Under the pieces are notes generated by a model. The model ran no database searches. It had not been told where the DNA came from and saw only the letters and a list, made by a program, of their open reading frames with translations. A DNA stretch of 63,999 nt, the filler included, from Folioceros fuciformis (taxonomy: Eukaryota), in the NCBI GenBank assembly GCA_049999805.1. It is 5 parts of 4 records of this genome, joined end to end, with 100 filler letters (N's around TTAATTAATTAA, not from the genome) between each part and the next. Parts side by side here need not be neighbours in the genome. Positions count along the whole stretch, not along the records: positions 7,965 to 32,664 come from JBNGIO010006010.1; 4 more parts are not named here. One strand, written 5' to 3'. Numbering within the stretch: the first letter of the stretch is position 1; every line of letters begins with the position of its first letter. Of this stretch, positions 12,201 to 25,455 are shown one piece after another. A program made the position numbers and the translations under genes.

Positions 12201-15200
12201 AAGACCTGACGCCTTTACAATATCATACTTCGCAACAGCTCCACGTATTCCATAGGTGGGATGGGCTTTCTGGCCCAGAGAATAACCATGACGCAGTTTT
12301 CCAAATCCATATTCTCTGCGATCGCCACCAAGAGCGCGCTCATCTGTTCCAAGATAGACATCTGGACGGGCCCTTTGTAAAGGATTGGACCAGGCTCTCG
12401 TGTCAAGAGTTTCCTCAATATATTTCCAATCAACAAGGGCATCTCCATCTGATGTGCCTTGAACGATGGGGACAAAAAGATAGGCTTTCACAGGATCCCA
12501 CGGGGTTGTTGCTGGTTCAACATCAATGTCGAGAACAATACTCATCAACCTGACATGGAAGCTCTTTAGCTTGTCTAGCTGCACAAAGCACAAACAGACA
12601 TCTGCAGTTAGCAGGTTGAACAGAAGCCAACCAGAGGCGCACTGAGCAGAGGTGTACCCTTCTTGGTATGAAGCCAGTCACCTGGGATGCATCAACTTCC
12701 AGCGAACCACAGTGATGGAGAGATGCTCTTGTCGTCATAGTTCTTGAGACAAACAAATCCATTGACATTGCCAGAACCTGGACGGAAAAAACAGTATTGC
12801 CAATCCGTCAAGCACTGAGGCCAAGACTACCCCTTCAAGGCTGAAGTTATAGGAATTTGAGAAAACGATGCAGTTCAAAACCATGCAACTATAAAATTGG
12901 AACACTGACCTCAGGATCCACTTCTTTGTCAAAGAGCAGCGCGAAGTCACATGTTTCCGTCAGCAGAGAATCTCTAGAAAACCCCATGTTCTGGCAAGAA
13001 ACCTTGTAGAAAGATAGTGACCATCTCTCTGTAAGGTCTTTTCCACCAAGAATCCAATCCCCCTGGAAGAGACAATATTATGAACACTTCAAACTGGCAC
13101 ACAACCATGACTTCTGCAACCAATTGCAAACCGAACACATAAGTTACCCACCCTTAGAACCTCAGCAATTCCCTCAGGATAATATTCCCTGTGACGTGCA
13201 GTTCCAGGTAGGGGTTCGCCTTCCTCTGCCTCATCCATCTTTTCAGCTTCTTCTCCACTCCCCTTATCCGGTAACAGCATGTCTGTAAATGCTCCCATCT
13301 CATGCAGCTTCTTACATGCTTCAAGGCATACGGCCTGCAGCAGGAGAGCGTTAGATGGAACCTGGGAACCATGTCACACAACAGGGAAGCATGAACAATC
13401 AGTTGTGCATCATTTCCCACCTGCTGTGCACCTCGAATAGATGAGCACACTGGACCCTCAATAACTCCAATAGGCGCATTACATGGTAGCTGCAACTTGC
13501 AGGAGTATTTTGGAGCCCCATTTTCTTTGTCAATTTGGGTCATAAAAAAATCCGGTCGCAGAATCGAGTATCTAATAATAAGGACAAGTAAGCCAAGCAC
13601 AGGACTAACGGATCCAGAACGTTACCAAATGACCATGTCGGAAGATATCACAGGACAGTGATAGCAAATACCTGTCACTTGGCAGCTGCGAGCAGTAGAA
13701 GTGAATCAGCCCCACCGCAGAATTCCGGCTGACTGTGGCACCAGTTGAAGGAACCTGATACACATCACCACCATCTGGTTCCGATGGTTCAAATGCTTTA
13801 AAGTCAAGACTTGTCCTCTCAACAGCTTCTTTCCGAAGGGTTTCCTCACTATTTCGAGCATTTCGCAGAAAAGCCTCGTGAGTCAAGTTGCCTCTGTAGA
13901 CATCCAACAACCATTTAAGTACCACCACGTTAAGTCAACTACTGACATGCTACATGCTGTTACTCCCACAACATTCAACTTCTTGCTTACTTCTCCAACA
14001 TCAGAATGTAATCTGAACCCGGCTTACGAGCACGACCTCGTGACTGAATATACGCAAGCACAGTCTTGGCTAGATCAAAACGAATCACCACATTGCACTG
14101 CCGAATATCCAAACCTTCTTCAGCAACACTTGTGGCCACGAGCAGCGTAACCTAAAAATGACAGAGCCACCTTGAGATCAGCCCCTGAGAGATGTGGTTT
14201 CCATTTCTTCCATTGACGTCAGCCAGTAGAAAATCTACATCAATTTTGGCAATACACCCAGATGAACATTTGGGTGTACATCCAAAATATACATAGATTT
14301 TCACTTCTTCGACAGAGTCGATCCCTATGGCAACAGTCGTGGCAGTCAAGGGAGTCTCCTGCGTTGACAAAAGCAACTTGGTGCTCCGGTAAGGGTTGTA
14401 GTACCCCGTCATGGATAAATGGAACCAAATACCATCATGGAATACGGATTCCCCCATCGCGGGTTAGTGCACTGTCGTGTGTCATGATGGGTGCTTGCGA
14501 AGTCACGCAACAACCCCATCACGCGTTACTAGTATCCCATCACAATGCTTTGAGCAAGCATACTTGAAACAACATCCAACAATCCCCAATCTAAACCAAG
14601 GAACACTACGAAGTGAAAATAAGAAACCACACACCCTTCCATCACGAAACTTCGAAATTGTCTCTTGCATTTGCCGCGTCCGCATATCTTGATTATTGTT
14701 GTGCCCGATGAGGCTTGCGCACTTCACAAATTTCAAGGATGGCAACTCGGCAAAAACCTGTAAAAGAAATTTTGCAACCAGAATACCATTCAGACAGAGA
14801 CAAACACAGATAACGCCACTTTCCACTCCCTAGTTGATCGATATTTATGCCACAGTGGACATGTACCTTAGGAAGGACCAAAGCAGCAACGACCCGCTCG
14901 ACAAATATGATAGCTCGGAAATCATCAGTGTGTTGATAACTTAACAATATCTTGATCAGGGCCTGCACCTTTGGTGTCACCCTGCCACCTGCCACGGCTG
15001 CTCCAAGAATCTCATCCACATGCTCGCCCCCAGAAACAGCTGCAAGTTCGGTAGACAAAAGTTAGCACATGCAACAAATTGAATGACCTACGTCCACTGG
15101 GTATTCGTAAGACTGGATAATGTCTAAGCTGCCAACCTTGGATGTCAGGAAGCTCGCCATCCTCAACTTCACCACCACCTTCGACTTCATCCTCCACCTC

Positions 15201-17081
15201 TCCTGCATCTTTGCTCCCGACAGCCCCTTCAGAAAGGCGGCATCGGAGAATGTCAACGACCTTCTTCAGGTAGGACTCTTGGAATTTCACATCAAGCTGA
15301 TGATTCGCACGTTCATCATTTCGTAGGGCGGTGAGAAATGACAAGGCTACCTGGCATGCAGAGATAGGACCACTGTCAATCGGGGGAGCTCAACAGGATC
15401 ATAGGCTGATGATCCAGACATACAATTCTGACCTGAGAATACCTACCTTGTATGCACACCACTGACCAAGCTCATCAAGAGCATAGACAACAGCGCGTAA
15501 CTTTTGTCCCAAGCTCGCAGCACCATCACTCTCCGTCCTCTCTGAAACTCCATACACCAAACGAAGTTCCTCTTTTGAGCCAGCATCTCTAGCACCCATG
15601 AATCTCCACTTACTTCGCTTAGAGCTTTGACTGGCTGCTTGTTCAACAGTAGACTCCATACTCTTAATCTGCTCCCGTAAGGACCATAACACAGCGGCCT
15701 TGTCATACTCTACCACAGTTTCTGACGGTGTTGGCACGTACATCTCCAATTCCTTCCTGTCCTTAATTGTGCACACAATAGAATCAAGCTTGCTCTCCAG
15801 ATTCCGAATCTTTACTGCACAATCTTCCTGGTTGGACACGCCTGCATTGACAAATGCCGCTGCCGTCAAAGGGCCTCTCTCCGTATACATGGTTGCCTGC
15901 ACAAAGTTAAATGCACATACCCTTCAAGTTGACTGGGGACGCTGTCATGCCGAAAACTGCAGGCCTCTTCGTTTTGCTGGTCATGTGGTAGAACTCAGAC
16001 ATCACCAACGAGTAAGGATGCTTTTTGACAGCATGATGACATTCGTCCAGGATAAGGAGATCGATAGATTCCATTCTGACAATGCTATGCCTCAAGATGT
16101 TCAGCAGAATTTGGGCAGTCATTACAAGGACCTGAAGGCACGACAAGGAAGAGCTGAGAGACACAGAAGCTGTGAAATAGATCAAAGTCAACAGTGTGAC
16201 GGTCAACCACATACTTCATTGGTTTCAAACTCCCGCTGCCACCTTCTTGGATCCCAGAAATCTTGACCCATCTCACCACAGTAGTGTCCCACACTGAAAC
16301 CTGTCCCTTCTCGAATCACTTCTGCTTGCTGCACACAAAGGGTGCACGGATCTGATTACAACTCTCCCTCAACAAGCCAGACAGCGAAACAAACTCACGA
16401 TCCACAGCGTTCCTACGAGCTTCCGTCACCTCCACATGAACTACATACCTGGTAAACCAGCGGCACCTTCGGCACGAGAAACACCGCCAGCATCTTCTCC
16501 CCATTCTGTCGCATCATTTCATACTTGCTCTTCATCAGCATGACTGCTATGAGAGTCTTACCGGCCCCCGTCTCAAGAAACGCGATAGTGTTCTTCTCCT
16601 GAGCCTGTCCCAACACCTCTAGCTGATACTTCCTGGCACATTCATCCCCCGACTTCTCCTTCTCGGGAGCCACAGGCTTAACAGAGGAGCCATTAGCAGC
16701 TGCCAATTCATGCACCCTGTCCCTGACCCTGTCTCTGTCCCGATCCCTGTCTCGATCTCTGTCCCACTGTTTCTCCCTATCCCGCTCCCTGTCCCTGACC
16801 CTTGCTCTTTCCCGTTCCCTCTCCCGCTCGCCATCTCGGGGTCGCAACCGATCCCGCCGAATAGGCAACGCCCTTCTCTCCCTCTCCCTGTCCCTTAGCC
16901 TTTCACTATACCTATCTCTATCACGATCACGGGCGAAATCGAAAGCTCTATCGCTTACGTGCCCACTCCTTCGAGATCCTTCGTCTCTCAGCTTCCTTCG
17001 CTTGTCCTCCCTCTCTGAATTGCCTCCGCCTGCCCTCCCGCGCTTCAGCTCCCCATTCCTGTCCACCTCCATGCTGTCCAT
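9228..17081 (-). CDS. DCL1: Dicer-like 1 (multi-exon)
   Basis: Exons encode an RD/RE-rich N-terminus, DExD helicase ([23 protein letters not shown]), HELICc (ATSVAEEG), DUF283 ([13 protein letters not shown]), PAZ, RNase IIIa ([12 protein letters not shown]), RNase IIIb ([12 protein letters not shown]) and two dsRBDs ([20 protein letters not shown]). Additional 5' exons are possible. Confidence 0.96.
14229..14302 (-). ncRNA. Candidate pre-miRNA hairpin in DCL1 intron 7
   Basis: Two 35-nt arms (14230-14264 and 14267-14301) pair in register with G:U wobbles and about 5 mismatches; located in the unusually long intron 14152-14634. Confidence 0.55.
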
Positions 17082-17625
17082 CCTTCCCTACTACAACCTT
17101 CCCCCGCGAGGCAGCGACTCACTTCCGACAACAAGCTGCAATTCTTCCCAAGGCGCCGCCCACAAGCTCGCAATTGCTCCACCTCCACTGTCAGCAGCTG
17201 GCCTTCCAGCTGCTACTTAAAACCCCTTGCTAAGCTCGCTGTATGTACGAAACACCGGTACAGCACTCACTTTAGTTCACGTTTTTCCGTTTCTCTCGCG
17301 TGATAGCCACTTGTTTGCTGCTATAGTTGGCGTGAACACCCATTTTTCTCTCGCTCGTTCCAGGTACGTTACAACCATGGAGGGACGACCGACACATCGT
17401 TGCGGGACTTCAAAGCGAGAGTTTCCAGTCGCATGCTTCTCTTCCAATCTTCCAAATTTTTTTGTAAAAACGGACGACTGGTGATGGAATAGGAAAGAGT
17501 GAAACGAACACTTTACTATAAAATTTTCGAGAAAGACGAACGAAGTTACAAAGTGATGGGCCTAAGAAAACTTGCCTCCAAGATCACCATTTAAAGGACT
17601 AGCCTCTAAGATTGCCATTCTCTAT

Positions 17626-18070
17626 CTATGAGTGAACAATGTTTGCCAATGCTTTTATTAGAGCAATGGACACTTGTTGTTGAAAGAAGGTCACAATATA
17701 GAACAAAGAAAGACCAACTCTCCTCTTCTTATTGTGGTATGTCTTTGACATAGTTTTAAGAAAGCTGGAGAATGCGCATTCATGCCTTGCATGTAGCCCC
17801 ATAAATCTCGATAGCAAGGGGAAGGAAGGATTGTCCAACCTGCATAGAGGTATTTCTGTGGACCTTGGCCCATGTACGCCCACCCTTAAGTTTGAGGATG
17901 ACGTGCATGTAGACAAAGTTCGGTGTGAGGGTTTGTAACAACTATATCAGCCATTGAAACTTGGTCCCCTAGATAAGAAGAAATCAACTCGAAGGGCAAC
18001 TCCATAAGCAAGGTATAAGGTGCTCCATATAGGATAAGAAGCTACCCACATTGACCAAAGAAAGAACGAT
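17626..18070 (-). mobile_element. Degenerate C-terminal relic of an RLE-type (CRE/R2-like) non-LTR retrotransposon
   Basis: Frameshifted motifs MADIVVTNP, FLPLAIEIYG and FFQQQVSIALIKALANIV resemble the restriction-like endonuclease end of such elements. Confidence 0.45.
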
Positions 18071-18235
18071 ATCTCACACTACAGCATGACTAGTGATATG
18101 TTGCCATCGAGCTAGATGTGTGCCTAAGTTGTGCATAGGCACCTTATAGCTACATGTTTCAAGAGAGCAAGCTTGAGGTTGGGTCACATCAAACTCAAAC
18201 TTTATCACAGTAGACAAAGTTGTTTGTGCAATTTG

Positions 18236-18486
18236 CAAAGCCATGATGCATGGCCATGCCAAAAGACCCACAACTACTACCAAGCATAGTGTGTTGAGCC
18301 ATGATGCATGGCCATGCCAAAAGCCACAACTTCCCAGCATCATATGTTAAGCCATGATGCATGGTCATGCCAAAAGCCACAACTACCAAGCATCGTGTGT
18401 TGAGCCATGATGCATGGCCATGCCAAAAGCCATAACTGCCAAGTATAGTGTGTTGAGCTATCATGCATAGTCATGCCAAAAGCCAA
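18236..18486. repeat. Tandem repeat, ~53-58 bp unit, ~5 copies
   Basis: GCCATGATGCATGGCCATGCCAAAAGCCACAACT...GTGTTGA repeated. Confidence 0.9.
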
Positions 18487-18917
18487 GTGTTTGTCGTGCA
18501 TGCAAATAAAAATTAGTAAATAATTAAGTTATAAGTAACATTAATTGTACTTAATAAAATATTTAGATAATATAATCAAAGAATCGAATATAACTAGGCG
18601 TGTAGACATGGTTATGCTTGTAGCATGCCTCAAGTACAGAGCACAAAAGCCTAGCTCAGTGGGCACCACCTGTTGTAATCTTGGTTTTTTCTTGTACTGA
18701 GTACGAAAACTTAGCTCAATGAGCACCACCAGTTGTAAGTTTTTTTTTTCTTCAGTAGGCTTTCTGTTGAAGAGGCATTTTCTAAGTGTATATCATATTA
18801 TATTCTCTTGTTTGAAATTCAATTGAGGTGTGGACGTGCGTAGTGTATAAAACCACATAACTTGATTGTACATTTCAGAAGCCATACTACAACTTTGAGA
18901 AGTGTGGATGCATGTGG

Positions 18918-19181
18918 TGAAGATTTTGCAATATCACTTTGAATAGAGCAGCACCACTGTGTAGTGATTAACATGAGTATAATGTGGTGTGGTATAGATA
19001 GTTATTAACTAATGAACCATGCATGAGTATAACGTGGTGTAGTATAGATAGTTATTAACTAATTAATGAACTAGGCATGAGTGGAGATTTTGCAATATCA
19101 CTTTTAATAGAGCAGCACTACTATGCAGTGATTAACATGAGTATAATGTGGTTATAGTTATTAACTAGTGAACCAGACATG
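18918..19181. repeat. Local imperfect duplications
   Basis: GATTTTGCAATATCACTTT...CATGAGTATAATGTGG occurs twice and CATGAGTATAA..ATAGTTATTAACTA three times. Confidence 0.8.
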
Positions 19182-19739
19182 GTACGATAACTACGATGTG
19201 TAGTGACATAGTTTGACACAAACTAGCAATTCTTTCTTGAGCATGAGTGTAAATGAGCTGGAAATGGCCGAAAGATAGCATGATCAAAAAAAAGATTCAA
19301 TTGCTTTTGCTTAAGGTGCTTCTCAACAAAGAAGTTTAAAGTCTATGAATCTTTATAGGGGAAAGTGATGAAACGTAAGGCATAGCAACCTTGTTTTAGT
19401 CGAAAGAAAACCCCTTGCAAAATTTTGGAACACTTGCAAAAGGAATGCACCCTCTTCAACATTAAGGATTCTTGCGAAGGGAAGACACCCTCATGGATAA
19501 TTCAGATGTAAGATCCATATATGCAAAAATTCTAATCTCTTTAAATGCAATAGGATATGTAAGCAAAAACAAAAGAGCAAAAGTGCTCTTGTACCATACC
19601 ATAATGAGAATAATAAACTAGCTCAAAGGATGCATATTGCAATCTATCTTGTGATAGCGAATACATGTCTTTAAATAAGCAAACTAGTTATAATCATAAG
19701 GTAGTTATAAATAATAAAATAACTATTAAATTAAACTAC

Positions 19740-20000
19740 CTAGTGCTTTAAGAATAAAATAATGTATGAAGTCTGAGGTGCCCTTATAGTGTGCTCTTCC
19801 ATCACTTTAGGCAGCCCCTTGGTCAAAATGTTTGCAGCATTAGTTGCAGTATGGATATGTTGTGATAGAACAATTCCATTCTCAACTACTTGCCTTATAA
19901 AAATGAAAGTAAATCTTGATGTTTTTCTGAACAAGCATGCAAAATAGAACTTGTTGTGAGTGCGATTGCCAATTGATTATCACATTGCAATATGGTTGCT
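19740..20000 (-). mobile_element. Copia RNase H relic
   Basis: Degenerate CDNQLAI...FIFIRQVVENG...NAANILTKGL. Confidence 0.65.
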
Positions 20001-20004
20001 TCCA

Positions 20005-20410
20005 ATGCATCTGATTATGGCATGTCTAGTGTCTAGTGTATCTGATTTGGGAAAAGTCTTATGTATCTGATTATGGAAAAGTTTTATCCACATGATCTCA
20101 TGTCTAGTGTCTAGTGTATCTAATTTGGGAAAAGTCTTATGTATCTGATTATGGAAAAGTTTTATCTACATGATCTCTCGTTCTTATGTATCTGATTATG
20201 GAAAAGTCTTATCCACATGATCTCTCGTCCTGCAAGGAAGAGGACATAAAGACATGTCCAGTGTATCTAATTAAGGAAAATTCTTATCCACATGATGTCT
20301 CGTCGTGCAAGAAAGAGAACTTTTGCAAGAAAGAGAACTTTAGGCCATGTCTTCTATATCTGATTATGGAAAAGTCTTATCCATATGACCTTCCGTCTTG
20401 GAAGGAAGAA
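20005..20410. repeat. Degenerate tandem repeats (ATGTATCTGATTATGGAAAAGTCTTATCCACATGATCTC core)
   Basis: Core repeated about 7 times with variation. Confidence 0.8.
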
Positions 20411-20669
20411 AACTCAATATTCAGCTCCATAATAATGGACATCAGCTTGGACTGCCTATTGATAATTAAATCTTGCAAGGATATATCATCAATGGCTAAA
20501 GATTTTCTTCTATCCACATCCCTAACCCAATATGAAGTAAGTATGCTATTACCTATGTGCCAATTCCTCATACACATATGTTGCATGCCTTGTCAGGAAC
20601 ATCGCGAATATCAGGACATGTTCATCCAGTTAAATATAGAAGGCTTGCTACCATCTCTTTGAAGGTAGA

Positions 20670-21190
20670 GATTAACATTTTCTACTTGTTCAACATGAGG
20701 AAGGCTCCTCCCACCTCATTGACATTTTCTACTTGTTCAACATGAGGAAGGCTCCTCCCACCCGATAGACATTTTCTACTTGTTCAACCTCCCACCCGAT
20801 AGACATTTTCTACTTGTTCAACATCAGGAAGGCTCCTCCCACCTAATTAGACACAGGAAGGCTCCTCCCACCTGATTAGACNNNNNNNNNNNNNNNNNNN
20901 NNNNNNNNNNNNNNNNNNNNNNNNNNNNNNNNNNNNNNNNNNNNNNNNNNNNNNNNNNNNNNNNNNNNNNNNNNNNNNNNNATTAGACATTTTCTACTTG
21001 TCCAACATCAGGAAGGCTCCTACCACCTAATTAGACACAGGAAGGCTCCTCCCACCTGATTAGACATTTTCTACTTGTCCAACATCAGGAAGGCTCCTAC
21101 CACCTCCTTGTTCACTGTTCAGCATCAGGAAGGCTCGTACCACCTCCCGAGAAGGTAAAGATTGACATTTTCTACTTGTTCAACATCAGT
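20670..21190. repeat. Tandem repeat array (GACATTTTCTACTTGTTCAACATCAGGAAGGCTCCTCCCACC), spans a 100-N gap
   Basis: Unit of roughly 45-47 bp seen many times on both sides of the gap at 20882-20981. Confidence 0.88.
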
Positions 21191-21390
21191 TGCTTGTGGG
21201 ACTGTGGTCAATAGAAAGCTTGTGAGCTTATCCAAGGCTTATGTCCATCCCATCGTTTAAGAGGACCGTGATTAAATAAGGGCTTTACTGGCAGCAGAAG
21301 ATTGTGGACATAACGGACACCTACTACCACTTCTGCCGGACCTGAGGTCATTAGGATGGAATGGCATGTAATTCATGATATTGTACACTT

Positions 21391-24300
21391 TTACGAAAAC
21401 TTTGCATCAACGACCATACTTCCATCACTTGACTCAAAGACGGCAGTCACAATCACTAGCTCAGCACCTCGGCAAGGATCTCCTTCCCCGAACGACGAAG
21501 GTGGTTGAACTGATACAGGAGCCCTCAATAACTTCACTCCTTGTTTCCAAAATGTCGGATTACTTCCTGCCAACAGACGTAATGAGATACATTAGTGATA
21601 TCTCTCAGGCCCTGCACACGATTCCCAGCTGCTTAGAATCGTTGGATCATCTGCTCCATCTTTGCTGTACGAAAATCTCCGGACTATCGGTACCTGATGG
21701 ACCTGTTGAGTATACCAGCTCTCCACTCTCGTCGTAGACCCAGTCGATCCATAGAACAAGTGCATGACAGATTCCGGATTGAGTGACGGGAACCTGCATG
21801 ACAGAGCTTAGTGATTTATGGACACTCTTTAGACACTCTGGGTGTAACACATGGTGCATGATTTGGATCTCCCCAGAGACAAGATTTACAACCTTTATTT
21901 CACCTCGAGCCGTTTCCACCTTCCTGTCGAAGTTGAATTCGATCAAATTGAATGCCTCTGTTAGTTCCTGTTGACCAGAAGGACAGCCGCATGTGTTACA
22001 ATGGAAGTAACGCATCTCCACTACTTCGCATATATAATGACGCATCATACTCCGACTCTTCACCTTCATGTGCCCACATTGCCACAATGCGTACGACAGG
22101 ACTGGTCCTTCAAGAGGCTCGGGGAGCTGGCCACATGCACCCAGAGCCACATTCACACACGAGTGATCGAAACCCTCAACTAATCCAAGACTACGCCTGC
22201 TTTGCCACAAATCCTGCACTTCCAAACCATGGCAGAGTGAGGTTCCATATCTCTGGCTCAAAGGTGAAGACAGTAAGTGTTCGCTAGGTTACGTACAGGA
22301 AGGTATACAGCCATTCCCCGGAGAATTGCCCTGAATGGGACAATAGTGAAGTTATCTGCAAGAAGGGGGTCCAAAAGAGTTCTCTCAAACCTGGCATGCA
22401 TGCGCCGTGTTAGACACGTAACATTGGCAGCTTAGTTGTGTTTGCGCTTTGAGGGTGATTGAGCCACTGAGAACACACCAGAAGCGGAAGTTCTGCCATG
22501 GAAGGCAGCCCTCATTATCCCAGTAATATGGTTCAGCTAGTATGATATCCACCTGCTCCATTGCACAAACTGGTTAGAACCACATATTCCAAAGAGATCA
22601 CACACAAGTAGCAATGGGACCTTCAACACGCTACAGGCAGCCATGTGCACACCCTCTGGCCATTCAAGTCTTCCGAAGTCAAGGACGATGCATTTTTCGA
22701 TAACACGTTAATGCGCTGAGGCTGGATATTATTCCTCTCCAGCACGCTCCGTATCAGATCAGGGTTGTGATTTTTGAGCCCAGGCAACAACGTTGCGACT
22801 TCTGAAGGCGTATTTGCCCGTGCTGCTGCCAGAGTCATAAGCAGGCTATCGTCTAATACAAGACATCTGGACAGAGATCTTCCTTCAGTCTGCATTTCAC
22901 AAGTACCTTAGCCTCAGATAGCGAACCTTTCCTGCTGTTATCATTGCTGGTTGTCAAGGCCACAAATATCAAGGCTAGCTTCCACAAGTTATGTTTCCTG
23001 ATCGTGTTCGCAAGAGGCAGACGATACCCTACCACTTTGGTGACAGCTGCCAGCACTAGAGATCGCAGTTGTTGGTCACCCAGCATGCCAACTCTTTCCG
23101 ACTTCATTGCCAGTCGTGTACAGTTCTTGGCTGGTTCGGATTGATGACATGCGTCACTGACTGATTCTTCTTGATCCGAATTGTGGATATGATACCGCAC
23201 ACTTATTTTGTCATGAACCGCTTCAATCTTCAACGTTGCATCACAAGCAACCTCCAAATCTTGGCGCCCAAAGAGCCACACTGCTTGCTTCCAATGTTCT
23301 CGCCAAAGCGAAACACCTAAACAGCACGACAGAGCTGTCAGTGATCAGATCAGATATAGTCACATCATCAACCAAGGGATCTGAGAGATATGTACCGACA
23401 TCAGGCGCACTGCTCAAGAGCTGGGCCCACTGAGGAGCAGTGGAGTAAGTCACTGAGCATTCTTCATCCAAGTGCAGCACCCACCTGGATCGCAGTGATT
23501 AGTTTATTTGCCAACCAGGCTTAGAAATATCCAAGATTCTAAAGCTAATGCGGATGTGCGACATTCTTCTCATAATCCTTTGAGTGCGAACCTGGCAACT
23601 GCTACTAACCATGAAACCAAAGCATGCACCTTTCCACCTTGAGTGACAGGAACCTCAAGCACAATCTGCCGGTAATCACTCGGCATCTTGGAGAAATCAA
23701 AGGTAAAGACCTCAAACTGTTCTGAGAGCTGCACACAAACGCCCCAAAGTTCAACGAAGTCCCTGACAACCTTAACCCTACCTCCTTAGAATGCCACGAA
23801 TATGTAGGCAGCACCACTCCTTACTACTCGTAAGTTGTTTGAGAGTGCGTCAATTTGCAACTCGCACTTTGTTGGCAAAAAGCTGTCCAGAGAAGCATGA
23901 AGGACCAGCCCATCAGCTTCGCTGCCCCTAAGGTCACAGCATCTCCTCAAGAATTCGCATTCCACGAGCTGCAAGCAGACAGGCCACGATATTCTTTGCG
24001 TTCGATACATATACATAAGGTCGACAATATGCCAAGACATAGCATGCTACCATGAGACAAACCTGACCATAAATGGTAGCCTTGAAGGGCACAGTCCGGG
24101 GATTGGGTGTGAGCAAATGAGCATGTGCGTGCTGCAATGTTGGGATAAGCCCTTCGCCTAGGAGCTCTGAATCCAATATCTCGCTGACCTGAATCAAGGA
24201 AGCACGGTGGTCAGGCACAATCCAGGAAAAAAACATGCTCGCCTTACACCCTGTAAGTTCTCTCTGAACTGAGGGCTGAAATTTGAAAATCAGCCCACTA

Positions 24301-24912
24301 CCCACCAGAACATCGGACCGAGAGGGCATGTCAATCCCAACTTGCATCTCATCAGAACGCTTATGGACAAGGCGCACACCAAAACTCATCCCATTGGCAC
24401 GTAGCACCTTTCTGGCCAGCCGAAGCATGGGCAGAAATGATTCGCAGGATGTGACTCTCCTATTTTCAGCAGAGTCGATCCATTCCAGATCTCCTGCAGC
24501 ACCTTGTTCCCGCATGGCACGTAAAGCCATCATAGATAACAATCCTGTTCCTGAGCTGCAAAGACAAGAAACATCTGAGAGCCGAGGCAACCCACCCTCT
24601 CCTCTGCTTGCCTGGGCATCAACAGGACGAGCGAGCCAGCATCTCAAACTGGCACTCATACCCAATGTCCAGAACATGCCGAGCACCCTGCACCGCCTTT
24701 TCGATTGCTCTAGAATAAGCTGCGTTGCGCGCACGGTCATTGAGCATGTCCAGGTAGGAGGTCCCGCTGAGCTCCCATTTTGCAGCAATGGTGCAATCGC
24801 CCTGGCGCTGGTCCTCGTCCTGTTCCTGGTCCGTGACCACCTCCCATTCAGACACCCCAGTGAGTGGGTTCAGCCGCTGTCGCAGAATCACTGCCGGACT
24901 AGCTTGGCCCAT
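21391..24912 (-). CDS. PRMT7: Protein arginine N-methyltransferase 7 (multi-exon)
   Basis: RLNPLTGVSEW, SYLDMLNDRARN, VLDIG/SGTGLLSMMA, SEILDSELLGEG, a second degenerate MTase half, and C-terminal LVLWIDW...WKQGVKLL. Confidence 0.9.
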
Positions 24913-25455
24913 GGCGGCTCCACTCCAATTACGCTGACGCCTGCCCTTACCAGCACAGACCCGCGCAGGGTGATGCAAGTAAAGCTGCTTGGACAGCTTC
25001 AGACAGGCAGCCAACTTCATGTAGTGTTACTGACAGTTGCTTGCCTGCAACAACAACAACGACTCACAGGATAGAATTATTTTTGCAGTAATCCAGTCCG
25101 ATGGACCTACGGAAGTGGAAAGCCATTGGCCATGGAAGCCCATCACCACTTTCCACCAGGCAAGGAATGTCCGTCGATATATTCGCTTGTACTCTCACAC
25201 AGGAGAGGATGCGCTCCTGACGGCCACCATCCTCTGCAGTGCAAGCACCTCGCCCATGGTTAAGCTCACAATCAGCTTGCAACTGGCTTAGGAATCATCC
25301 GCATCTTCTTGGCTGGTCCAATCGGGCAAGAAACCGGCACATATTTTAAGGACTTCTGTTGAGAATTTGGGAGAAGTTGCATCCCTCCCAACGTACCAGC
25401 GATGGATCCCGAGTAGCGGCAGGATCGTGTTACTGCCTGTGCGGCGGGATCAGCC

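Noticed and set aside
16710-16935. Repeat element within DCL1 exon 1
   Set aside because: Coding RD/RE low-complexity tract typical of DCL1 N-termini.
18236-21190. CRISPR-like arrays or ORFs (e.g. 20186-20662) in the DCL1-PRMT7 intergenic repeats
   Set aside because: Degenerate tandem repeats without spacer structure; the translations only mirror the repeat.
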